Assembly (NCBI GenBank): GCA_963845085.1
Contig: CAWJQI010000005.1
Coordinates: 1 to 64,000 of the forward strand
Length of the DNA: 64,000 nt
DNA from: Candidatus Fermentibacterota bacterium
GTDB lineage: Bacteria > Fermentibacterota > Fermentibacteria > Fermentibacterales > JCC-6
Direction of reading: 5' to 3'
The position numbers and the translations under genes are program-made. The notes under the pieces are model-generated. The model did not search any database and had not been told where the DNA came from. It saw nothing but the letters and a program-made list of their open reading frames with translations. Positions 1-7,594 of this stretch are shown here, one piece after another; position 1 is the stretch's first letter, and the number at the start of each line of letters is the position of its first letter.

Positions 1-11
1 GACCAGCGGAG

Positions 12-224
12 TTATCCACCACTGGTCCCTCCACCTCCACACCGTCGAAGTTCTTCCAGGATAGTTGCAGCGGAGGCGAAGCCCGATTCCGAAAAGAACT
101 CGTTGTTGGATGCCCGCATGCCGATGATTGGAATGGTGTTCTCCCCGGGTTCCGCTGCGATGAGTGTGTGAACGGAGAGCAGCAATACGATGATGGCGGC
201 TGCAGTACGCTGAAGATTGGTCAT
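12..224 (-). CDS. Small putative exported protein, possibly truncated
   Basis: From the ATG at 224 (GGGAG upstream): MTNLQRTAAAIIVLLLSVHTLIAA resembles a signal peptide. The ORF stops early, near the window edge. Confidence 0.35.
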   Translation of the reverse strand: MTNLQRTAAAIIVLLLSVHTLIAAEPGENTIPIIGMRASNNEFFSESGFASAATILEELRRCGGGGTSGG

Positions 225-348
225 GACAAGACTCCCTTCAGGGTAGTGCTCTGAGAGAATAAACCTGACAAGCCAAATCACATACTTAGGGGTTTAAATG
301 TCAAGGAGCAGCATGACAGTAAACCAGGGCTGTGGTCGTCAACTTCCT

Positions 349-723
349 TCACGGTGCGAAAAGATTCGCCGGTTTGGCCACGACACTTCTGTGGTTCCTC
401 AGCCCCCTCTCCGTCACCAGCCTCCGCTCCCAGTAGTCCCCCATCGCCAGAACCCTTTCGATCTCAATCTTGGGCAGATCCAACAAGGATAACCACTGAG
501 TTACTCTGGCTCGGGACAAACCATGCCTTCTTGCCAGTTCAGCCCTGGAGATACCGTCTCGCTTCAGTTCTTCAACGAGTTCGAGAGCGATAACCATGGG
601 GTTGCGGAATATCTTCCTGGGTTTCGGCTCAGAAACAGCGGCTGGAAGGGTTCTGATGATTGTGAAATCAGGGGCTGAGAATTTCGAGCGGGTAGCGGAA
701 CGAGGCGCCAATCTTCTACCCAC
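349..723 (-). CDS. Small HTH protein, copy 1 (ParB/KorB-like HTH region); true start uncertain
   Basis: RNPMVIALE...GISRAELARRHGLSRARVTQWLSLLDLP...AMGDYWERRLVTERGLR. Paralogous to 1334-1570 and 2291-2903. Confidence 0.7.
   Translation of the reverse strand: MGRRLAPRSATRSKFSAPDFTIIRTLPAAVSEPKPRKIFRNPMVIALELVEELKRDGISRAELARRHGLSRARVTQWLSLLDLPKIEIERVLAMGDYWERRLVTERGLRNHRSVVAKPANLFAP
407..448. repeat. ~41-bp repeat within the HTH genes (copies at 407-448, 1410-1450, 2547-2588)
   Basis: ctctccgtcaccagcctcc(g/t)ctcccagta(g/a)tcccccatcgc occurs three times and encodes AMGDYWERRLVTER on the minus strand. Confidence 0.95.
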
Positions 724-762
724 TGGTTCATCACCATTAAGGGGGGCACCCCCCGATCCTAA
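701..762. repeat. Conserved end sequence, copy A: CGAGGCGCCA core plus a 39-bp block containing G6-CA-C6
   Basis: 701-710 cgaggcgcca equals 2843-2852. 724-762 tggttcatcaccattaaggggggcaccccccgatcctaa matches 2878-2916 with one mismatch. Confidence 0.95.
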
Positions 763-843
763 TCACATAACACCTTGACGGGTGGACGTGTTTCTGGGGG
801 CAGGTCAGACAAGGGCGGAGTTTCGTTGATTCTCCACACAAGG

Positions 844-1206
844 TCAGATGTATGGGTTTCCCTTGTGTATTACAGTGCCCTTCAGGACCTGGCCGTTTAG
901 TGTAACCTCAATCCCAATCGGGATGAAGAAAAATTTCTTCAGGACGATATGAAGTTCCCCTGAAGAGGGAATCTGACACCGGAATCCCATAGGGGGTTTC
1001 AGTAGTTTAACATCACCGATCTGAAGGACGAACTCGATAGTGCCATAGTCCCGAACTCCGTGCCGGCCTCTTCCAGGATCAGGTTCAGTCTGCAGAAGAT
1101 CCCGGTCTGTGCGGTACACGGAGGCACCAGTTCGCTCCCCGACGATGTCCAGTAGTATTCTTGTATCAATCGCTCCCGAATCATCACGGAATTCATACAG
1201 CGGCAT
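844..1206 (-). CDS. Hypothetical protein (cargo between HTH copies)
   Basis: 120-aa ORF with AGGAGAG just upstream of the ATG. No family recognised. Confidence 0.6.
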   Translation of the reverse strand: MPLYEFRDDSGAIDTRILLDIVGERTGASVYRTDRDLLQTEPDPGRGRHGVRDYGTIEFVLQIGDVKLLKPPMGFRCQIPSSGELHIVLKKFFFIPIGIEVTLNGQVLKGTVIHKGNPYI

Positions 1207-1333
1207 AATCTCTCCTGACTGGTTCAGCCACTGGTGCTTGCACCCATATATAACACCTGTCAGGGTTTATTGGATCATTCTTATTGAATCTTGGGTTGTG
1301 CTGGGCGTGCTTGTTTCAATCCAATGTAATGAA

Positions 1334-1570
1334 CTATTCTTTGAAATGCTTCCGAAGCACTTTCTCGGTTTCTGCTTCATCATTCATGGGTTTGAGTTTC
1401 CTTAGTTTCCTCTCCGTCACCAGCCTCCGCTCCCAGTAATCCCCCATCGCTTCTATCTCCAGCAGCAAATCCCTGGGAAGGTTCAGAAGGTTCAGCTTCT
1501 GGGTAACCCTGGCCCGGGAGCAACCGAACCTCCTGGCAAGGTCTGCCCTGCTCAATCCTTCCAGCTCCAT
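1334..1570 (-). CDS. Small HTH protein, copy 2 (frame stays open upstream to ~1722)
   Basis: LSRADLARRFGCSRARVTQKLNLLNLP...AMGDYWERRLVTERKLR. Upstream in-frame codons read KKFRNPVIQAREIALA, which includes the conserved RNP motif, but contain no ATG/GTG/TTG start. Confidence 0.65.
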   Translation of the reverse strand: MELEGLSRADLARRFGCSRARVTQKLNLLNLPRDLLLEIEAMGDYWERRLVTERKLRKLKPMNDEAETEKVLRKHFKE

Positions 1571-1821
1571 TGCGAGAGCAATCTCCCTGGCCTGGATGAC
1601 CGGATTCCTGAACTTCTTGTGTTTTCTGCGTCTTACAAGTTGTTTATGATTTGTATAGTAGCAGATAATGGCTTGATATACTATAGAGATATCGGCATTA
1701 TATCCTATTATGTTATTTATTTGCTATCTATCATAGCCATATTATGCGATATTTTCTTTATCTTCTTCATTATAGTGTGTCTGCATTGTTTTCATTTGCT
1801 TCAGATCAATGTGTGGCTGAC

Positions 1822-1849
1822 TTGACTTGTGATAGGAATACTGTATACT
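1822..1849 (+). promoter_or_regulatory. Sigma70-like promoter for 1886-2449
   Basis: TTGACT-N16-TATACT in an AT-rich tract, with GGAGG before the ATG at 1886. Confidence 0.55.
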
Positions 1850-1885
1850 ATTAAAGGCTATTAGTAAATTTATTCGGAGGTTATC

Positions 1886-2449
1886 ATGAAGAATGTTATC
1901 CTCTGTCTCATCTGTTCAGCTGTAGTCGCATATTGTGATCAGACTGTCTGGAGTTACGATCTTACTCAATTGCCTGATGGTTGGAGCTATACCGGCGGGT
2001 GGCAGTTCGATTCAACCGGTGCTCATGTTTACATCCAGATTTGGTCCGACATTACCGGAACTAACAGTATTTACACCGAAACTCTTCTTATACCAGAGGG
2101 CACTGATTCCCTGACACTGTTTATTCCCCAGTTCGTCAGCGGAGGCTGTAATGATGGTTTTGCGATTGCCAGGGTGAAGGTCACTCTGAACGGCGGCGCA
2201 TCACAGACAGTGTGGGAGGAAGTCTGGTATGATTCTTTTGGCGAAAACTCCGATCCCATAACTGTGGGTCTGGATGTTTCACCCGGAGACTCACTCTCCT
2301 TTTACTTCGGGTGTGATGTATGTGTTGTGGGAAGCTATGGAGTAGGGAACATTTTCTGGAATCTGTGGGATCTTGAGCTTGTGCTGCATGGCGATATTCA
2401 ACCATTGCCTGCGGTAACCTGGGGTGAGATAAAGTCCTGTTTTCAATAG
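1886..2449 (+). CDS. Secreted beta-rich protein with C-terminal TWGEIK motif
   Basis: Strong RBS, signal-peptide-like MKNVILCLICSAVVAYC, ends LPAVTWGEIKSCFQ. Confidence 0.8.
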   Translation: MKNVILCLICSAVVAYCDQTVWSYDLTQLPDGWSYTGGWQFDSTGAHVYIQIWSDITGTNSIYTETLLIPEGTDSLTLFIPQFVSGGCNDGFAIARVKVTLNGGASQTVWEEVWYDSFGENSDPITVGLDVSPGDSLSFYFGCDVCVVGSYGVGNIFWNLWDLELVLHGDIQPLPAVTWGEIKSCFQ

Positions 2450-2903
2450 CCTCCCTTTAAGCGCCGGAGGCAAACGCAGGACGAGTGGTTTCTGCCGCTT
2501 CATATCGCATGCAGTCAATTTCCCTTGATACTGCTCTCGCAGTTTTCTCTCCGTCACCAGCCTCCTCTCCCAGTAATCCCCCATCGCCTGAACCCTTTCG
2601 ATCTCAAGCTTTGGAAGGTCCAACAGGAATAACCACTGAGTAACCCTGACCCTGAGACATCCCGTGCCTCCGTGCAAGCTCTGCCTGGGACAATCTATGC
2701 CTATGAAGTTCTTCCTTCAATTCCATCGCGAGCACTATTGGATTGCGGTAAAAACGTGGTTTCTCGCGATTTGTAGCTGGTGAAGAAGCCAGATAAACAT
2801 AGGGGTAAGAACTGCTCAAATGGGTTCGTCCTGATACAGAACCGAGGCGCCAATTCGCTACCCACTCGAAATCTCGGTGGTTCATCAGCATTAAGGGGGG
2901 CAC
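2291..2903 (-). pseudogene. HTH protein copy 3, frameshifted near 2655; ends uncertain
   Basis: RNPIVLAMELKEELHRHRLSQAELARRHGMS in one frame continues as RVRVTQWLFLLDLP...AMGDYWERRLVTERKLR in another (one extra base). Similarity to the other copies ends near 2540. Confidence 0.7.
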
Positions 2904-2916
2904 CCCCCGATCCTAA
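2843..2916. repeat. Conserved end sequence, copy B
   Basis: Same as 701-762, with a 12-bp insertion (tcgaaatctcgg) between the core and the 39-bp block. Confidence 0.95.
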
Positions 2917-3016
2917 GCAGATCATTTTGGGACGGTTTCAGGATCCTTACAACCTACGGATGAATCAAGTTCATAAATGCAGTTCATCTCTGTTCTTCAG
3001 ACAGCGACACCGTGAC

Positions 3017-3045
3017 TTGACCGCAGGTTCCTCTGATGCTATTAG
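3017..3045 (+). promoter_or_regulatory. Possible sigma70-like promoter for 3073-3705
   Basis: TTGACC-N17-TATTAG with an extended TG. Confidence 0.35.
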
Positions 3046-3072
3046 GTACGACATGAAGATTCGCGGTGAATT

Positions 3073-3705
3073 ATGTACTTTTGTCTTCTAGCCGCATCCT
3101 TTCTCCTGTCCCCGAACATGATGCTTCCGGTCTGGGATGATGTCCTGGTGACACAACCTTATCAGGGGTACTTCCCCGTGGTACTTTCTTGCGAAAGCGT
3201 CCCAGGCTACATGCTCGCAGAGGACTGCTACCCCACGATGGATTTTGTCCCATGCCAGGTGGATCTCTGGCTGGGATTCGATCCGCCGGGCACTGTGGAC
3301 ACATACAACTTTGGTTTTCAACTGGACGTATCGGGAGCACCTGAGGGTTTGTTCTTCTGGTACGGCGTTGAGGACGACGTGATCTTCGAGGACATAGGCC
3401 TCACATGGGGGGGTTACGATTTTTTCCACGCAATGATTACCATCGCCAATCCTCCGGTTCTGGCTGCGGGGCAGCCCTGCTGGTTCTGCTTCCAAGCGGT
3501 GAACAGCTCGTCTGTGGCATGTCTGGCTAACAACAATCAACCAGGTTGGAACAGCCAGTGCTTCTTTAGTGGCGACAACGGTGAATCGTGGCAGAGCAGC
3601 CAGTCCACCTGGGGCTCTCCGTTCGGGGTTTTCATCATAATCTCAGGCACAACCGGGCTGGAAAGGTCTACGTGGGGTTCGATTAAGGGAAGTTATAACT
3701 ACTAA
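3073..3705 (+). CDS. Secreted protein with C-terminal TWGSIK motif
   Basis: Short hydrophobic N-terminus, beta-rich body, ends GLERSTWGSIKGSYNY. Confidence 0.8.
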   Translation: MYFCLLAASFLLSPNMMLPVWDDVLVTQPYQGYFPVVLSCESVPGYMLAEDCYPTMDFVPCQVDLWLGFDPPGTVDTYNFGFQLDVSGAPEGLFFWYGVEDDVIFEDIGLTWGGYDFFHAMITIANPPVLAAGQPCWFCFQAVNSSSVACLANNNQPGWNSQCFFSGDNGESWQSSQSTWGSPFGVFIIISGTTGLERSTWGSIKGSYNY

Positions 3706-3740
3706 CACAAGGTGATCTCCACTCCTCCCTTCGGGACTGC

Positions 3741-3947
3741 ACAGCACCTGTTAGGGATGTCTGCCGTGAACTCGGGGTAAGCGAGTAGTCTTTCTATACC
3801 TGGAAGCGGAAGTACGGCTGGATGAGGATCAGCTAACTGCGTGTGCTTCGTCAGCTCCGTGACGATAACAGGCCGTTAAAACGGATCGTGGCTGAACTTA
3901 CCCTGGACAAGCACATCCTCCAGAAGGTTGCTTCAGACAAAGTCTGA
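3741..3947 (+). pseudogene. IS3 orfA fragment with in-frame stops
   Basis: PVRDVCRELGVSE*SFYTWKRKYG...S*LRVLRQLRDDNRPLKRIVAELTLDKHILQ; TAG at 3786 and TAA at 3834. Confidence 0.85.
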
Positions 3948-4016
3948 AGCCAGCCCGGAAGAAGGAGCTGGCCATGCAGATCATCGAGTGGTACGAGATC
4001 AAGCTGAGCCTGCCGG

Positions 4017-4478
4017 TTGATGGGATTGTCCCGTTCAGGCCTCTACAAGAAGAGCAGGGTGAAGGATCGGACGGCGTTTAGGCTTCGTCTTCGGGAACTG
4101 GCCTTGAGTCGTGTCCGGTACGGGTTCCTGAGGTTGACGGTTCTTCTCAGGCGGGAAGGGTGGCCAGTTGGCAAGAAGCTGGTGTACAAGATCTACACCC
4201 AGATGGGCCTCACATTGCATTCCAAGCGCGGCAGGAAGCTGGCCAGGCGCGGGAGGATATCAAAGCCGCCTTCTGCGGAGTCGCCCAACCAGAGATGGTG
4301 TATGGACTTCGTGACCGAGCGGTTCGAGAACGGCCGCTACTTCAGGATCCTGACGTTGATGGACCAGTACACGCGGGAGTGCCTGACGTTGGAGCCGGGG
4401 ATCTCCATGAGCGGAACGAAGGTGGCCCACTGTCTGAATGACGTGGTATTCATCAGGGGAGCTCCGGAATCGGTGACC
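4017..4478 (+). pseudogene. IS3 orfB transposase fragment, truncated within the DDE core
   Basis: RYGFLRLTVLLRREGW; PNQRWCMDFV...FRILTLMDQYTRECL...RGAPESVT, then the homology stops before the expected DNGxEF. Confidence 0.85.
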
Positions 4479-4634
4479 ATGCAGGATCGCAATGATCTGC
4501 GTTTCCACAAACCTGGATTGTTTCATCCCGACCTCCTGGGTTGGCAGGAAGTCTCACTCCAACAAATGTCCCCTAAACGGGGGAGCCTATAACGAAGCGT
4601 CTCCAACCACAGGCAAAACTGGAATTGTTCCGCT

Positions 4635-4663
4635 TTGACAATGCAGGTCAACGGTTCTATGCT
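4635..4663 (+). promoter_or_regulatory. Sigma70-like promoter
   Basis: TTGACA-N17-TATGCT upstream of 4742. Confidence 0.55.
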
Positions 4664-4741
4664 TCTCCTTCGGCACGGGCGAAGGTGTGAGACTGACTTG
4701 TAAATGCAATACTTACGGTCCAGGAGCACCCTGCATAAGCC

Positions 4742-6688
4742 ATGAAATTCGAAGACACGCTAAGCAAAAGCTTTGTAATGCTCGATCCCGAAGCCCGCAC
4801 GGCCCGGGAACTTTTCCGGGCTTTCGCTGCACTTCTCCACGAAAAGGGTGTCATAGAGGACGAGGACGGATTCGTTTCCGAACTCATTGCAAGCGAGTCG
4901 ATGGGTTCGACCGGGATCGGACAGGGAATAGCCCTTCCGCATCTCATGATGGACGAACTGGACCAGAGCCATATCCTTATCGCCCGGGTAAAAACCGGTA
5001 TTCCTTTCAATTCTCTGGACGGACAACCGGCAAAACTCATCATTCTTCTGCTGTCGGCGAAAAAACAACGGGCGGAGTACCTTAAGAACCTCGCCCGAGT
5101 CGCAAAGGTCCTGCAGCGAGAACATGTCATCGACCGGATCATGGAAACACCCGATCCGGTATCGGTGGTTTCAATTGTCTGCTCGAAGCACAGGGCAACA
5201 TATCTCCGAACTCACTCCCGGCTTCTCTACTTCTTTGCCACCGTCGCTGTAGTGTTCCTTCTCTTTGGACTCATATTGCCGAGAATCATGATCCCTGCCG
5301 ATGACGCCTCCGCCGTGGAGATGGGATACCTGAAATTCAACGAACCGCAATGGATCCAGAAACAGATCGTCGCAGCCGGTGTTTTTCTTGCCACCGTGAT
5401 CGGAACACTGCTGTTCTGGAAGCACCGTGTGGCCATCGCGGCATTCGGCCTTGGGATACTCCTTATGTCAGGAACGATGGACCTGGAGACGGCGGTCCAG
5501 TTCATGAACATCCCGACGATTCTCTTCCTGATCTCGATGATGGTAGTTATTTCCTATATGGGGTCTCTCGGCTTCTTCGAGTATGTAGTTTCCTGGATAG
5601 TTAAAAAGACCGGCCCTTATCCTCGAAGGATATTCCTGGTTCTGATGCTGTCAGCTGGCGTTCTCGGCGGCCTCGTCAACGAGGTTACGGCCATTTTCAT
5701 TGCGGTGGCAATAGGGATTACCATATGCAATGAAATGAACCTGAATCCCTTCCCCTTCGTGATCGGGCTTGTTTTTGCAACGAACACTGCATCGGCCCTG
5801 ACCATGATAGGCAACCCCATCGGCATCTACATCGCCTTTGCCGGGGGGCTCTCTTTCGGGGATTTCCTGCGATGGGCGACACCCATCTCCCTTGTGATCG
5901 TGCTGATCATTTCGGGTCTATTGCTCCTGCTCTTCCGCAGGCAGATACCGGCGCATGCAAAAGCCAGGTCGGAGGAGCTGATTCCGGCCGGACCCGAGGT
6001 GAATCTGGACAGGGTGAGGGTCAGTGGCATCCTGTTCATTCTTCTCATCCTCTTCATAGGGTTTTCCAAGCAGATCGACGATTTGCTGGGACTTCTGCCG
6101 AACACGAGCATTGTCGCCATTCCGATCGCATTTGCCGGTCTTGTCATCTTCATGGCACGGGACAGGGGAAAAATGCTTATCGAGGATGGTGTGGACTGGT
6201 GGGCGATACTTTTCTTCATGTTCCTGTTCGCGAAGGCAGCCTGCCTTGAGTACACGGGGGTGACACCCAAAATCGCCTACCAGATCCTCTCGTTCGCCAA
6301 CAGTTCTCAGGCCGGCCTCTTCGGCGCAGCTTACAGCGTCACGATCGTGGCGCTCATAATAATCACTGTCTTCACTGCGCTTGCTTCCGGTTTCGCCGAC
6401 AACCTGCCCATCATCGCCGCCCTTGTTCCCGTCATTAAGACCCTGGAGATCGCCGGCCTTCCACACTCTTCAATACTCTGGTGGGGTCTGCTCTTCGGCG
6501 GGTGTCTGGGAGGCAACCTGACGATGATAGGCTCTTCAGCCAACATGGTTGCGCTGTCGATCTTCGAGAAATCCGAAGGCAAGCAGATCGGGTTCCTCAA
6601 GTGGCTCAAGTACGGGTTCCCGGTGGTTGTGATATCGCTTCTTGTTGCTTTGCTGCTTCTTGTTATTCAGATCGGTGTTGCACCCTGA
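4742..6688 (+). CDS. PTS EIIA (Fru/Ntr-type) domain fused to an ArsB/NhaD/SLC13-type ion transporter
   Basis: N-terminal STGIGQGIALPHL (phosphorylatable His). Many TM helices with ALTMIGNPIGI, ADNLP and GGNLTMIGSSAN motifs. Confidence 0.85.
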   Translation: MKFEDTLSKSFVMLDPEARTARELFRAFAALLHEKGVIEDEDGFVSELIASESMGSTGIGQGIALPHLMMDELDQSHILIARVKTGIPFNSLDGQPAKLIILLLSAKKQRAEYLKNLARVAKVLQREHVIDRIMETPDPVSVVSIVCSKHRATYLRTHSRLLYFFATVAVVFLLFGLILPRIMIPADDASAVEMGYLKFNEPQWIQKQIVAAGVFLATVIGTLLFWKHRVAIAAFGLGILLMSGTMDLETAVQFMNIPTILFLISMMVVISYMGSLGFFEYVVSWIVKKTGPYPRRIFLVLMLSAGVLGGLVNEVTAIFIAVAIGITICNEMNLNPFPFVIGLVFATNTASALTMIGNPIGIYIAFAGGLSFGDFLRWATPISLVIVLIISGLLLLLFRRQIPAHAKARSEELIPAGPEVNLDRVRVSGILFILLILFIGFSKQIDDLLGLLPNTSIVAIPIAFAGLVIFMARDRGKMLIEDGVDWWAILFFMFLFAKAACLEYTGVTPKIAYQILSFANSSQAGLFGAAYSVTIVALIIITVFTALASGFADNLPIIAALVPVIKTLEIAGLPHSSILWWGLLFGGCLGGNLTMIGSSANMVALSIFEKSEGKQIGFLKWLKYGFPVVVISLLVALLLLVIQIGVAP

Positions 6689-6720
6689 CCGTACCGGCAG
6701 AAGCGTGCCCGGATCACGCC

Positions 6721-7332
6721 CTATTGACCCAGGATGTACTTGATCCTGCCGAACGTTTCACAATCCAGGTTGAGCTCGGAGCCAGCAAGCAATAGATGAA
6801 TCATCCAGTCGTGCAGTGAACCCTGGGATGGTGCTGGTGCTCCGAGGGCGATAACCGAGCGGTCAGCTCCGGATTCCCAGAGGTAGTTGTGCATCTCTGA
6901 AGATGTGCCGCTGAACTGGATCTCGAGAAGCAGATTGTGGTCGGACGAATACTCAAAGGGTGTGTCCAGCTCAAATACGCACCAATCACCCACGCCGGCC
7001 GAAAGGAAGATGCTGTCCGCCTGCAGAACAACCCGCTCTGTCCCGGGCAGATAATTGGCATCGAAGGAAGGGTTGAGATCAAGGCTATCCGTAAAACCCA
7101 TGGTGACCTCAAGGTTGTACAGAATGAGGGAGGATCCGAAGCCGTAATTCCTGAAGGCGAAGGATTCAACGATGAAGCCGTCTGCCAACTCATCTGCATA
7201 TGCAACAGTCATGTAGCGCGCTGGTATATTGCAGCAGCCGATAGGTTCTTCCCCTGCGTACTGGTCGAACCCGATCTCGAATTCCGTCGCACCGACTGTG
7301 GCAACCGCAAGCAGAACCGGAATCAGCTTCAT
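6721..7332 (-). CDS. Secreted protein with C-terminal TFGRIK motif
   Basis: Signal peptide MKLIPVLLAVATVGA; ends LDCETFGRIKYILGQ. Confidence 0.8.
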   Translation of the reverse strand: MKLIPVLLAVATVGATEFEIGFDQYAGEEPIGCCNIPARYMTVAYADELADGFIVESFAFRNYGFGSSLILYNLEVTMGFTDSLDLNPSFDANYLPGTERVVLQADSIFLSAGVGDWCVFELDTPFEYSSDHNLLLEIQFSGTSSEMHNYLWESGADRSVIALGAPAPSQGSLHDWMIHLLLAGSELNLDCETFGRIKYILGQ

Positions 7333-7594
7333 GACAACCGCCCTTCAAAAGCGTTCGAAAAGTGGTATCGAACCCTTCTTCAGGTTCTTTGCCGTGGTTG
7401 TAATTGAACCCGAATTGCTCTGTATAAGACCCTCCATCAGTATAATGCGATTAATGACACCAGTCAATACCGGCTGCTAATGAGCACAATTCACCGGTAT
7501 TGAATGGATCATAAGCAGTATTCATTTCCTTCCCGATGTTCGCACCAGAGATTTCGCGCGAAGTGAATTGAGCCCAGTACCGTCTGCGAGGGTT

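Larger units (their letters stand above)
3741..4591. mobile_element. Degenerate IS3-family (IS407-group-like) remnant
   Basis: orfA and orfB fragments on +. A left-end-like sequence with the start of orfA lies on - at ~4479-4591. Confidence 0.85.

Noticed and set aside
690..765. tRNA gene at the repeated ...GAGGCGCCA / GGTTCA sequence
   Set aside because: No cloverleaf can be built, and T-loop-like words are not at canonical spacing from the CCA in either copy. At most a short att-like core.
1619..1825. 68-aa hydrophobic ORF
   Set aside because: Product of an AT-rich tract, TTG/GTG-type start without RBS, and antisense to the upstream extension of HTH copy 2.
407..2588. CRISPR array from the three 41-bp repeats
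   Set aside because: Spacing is ~1 kb, the repeats are coding sequence of paralogous genes, and no cas genes are present.
349..3705. Classical integron with attC sites
   Set aside because: No intI gene and no clear RYYYAAC...GTTRRRY paired boxes; cargo genes lie in both orientations with their own promoters.
3786..3836. Stop-codon recoding (pyrrolysine) suggested by an in-frame TAG and a PylB-related rSAM
   Set aside because: The TAG is accompanied by a TAA in a decayed IS, the rSAM looks closer to HydE, and housekeeping genes use TAG as a normal stop.
4664..4741. Fluoride or other ion riboswitch in the transporter leader
   Set aside because: A small hairpin (CCTTCG/CGAAGG) and GGCGAAGGTGT are present, but the paired elements of the crcB consensus are missing. 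Unsupported without cmscan.
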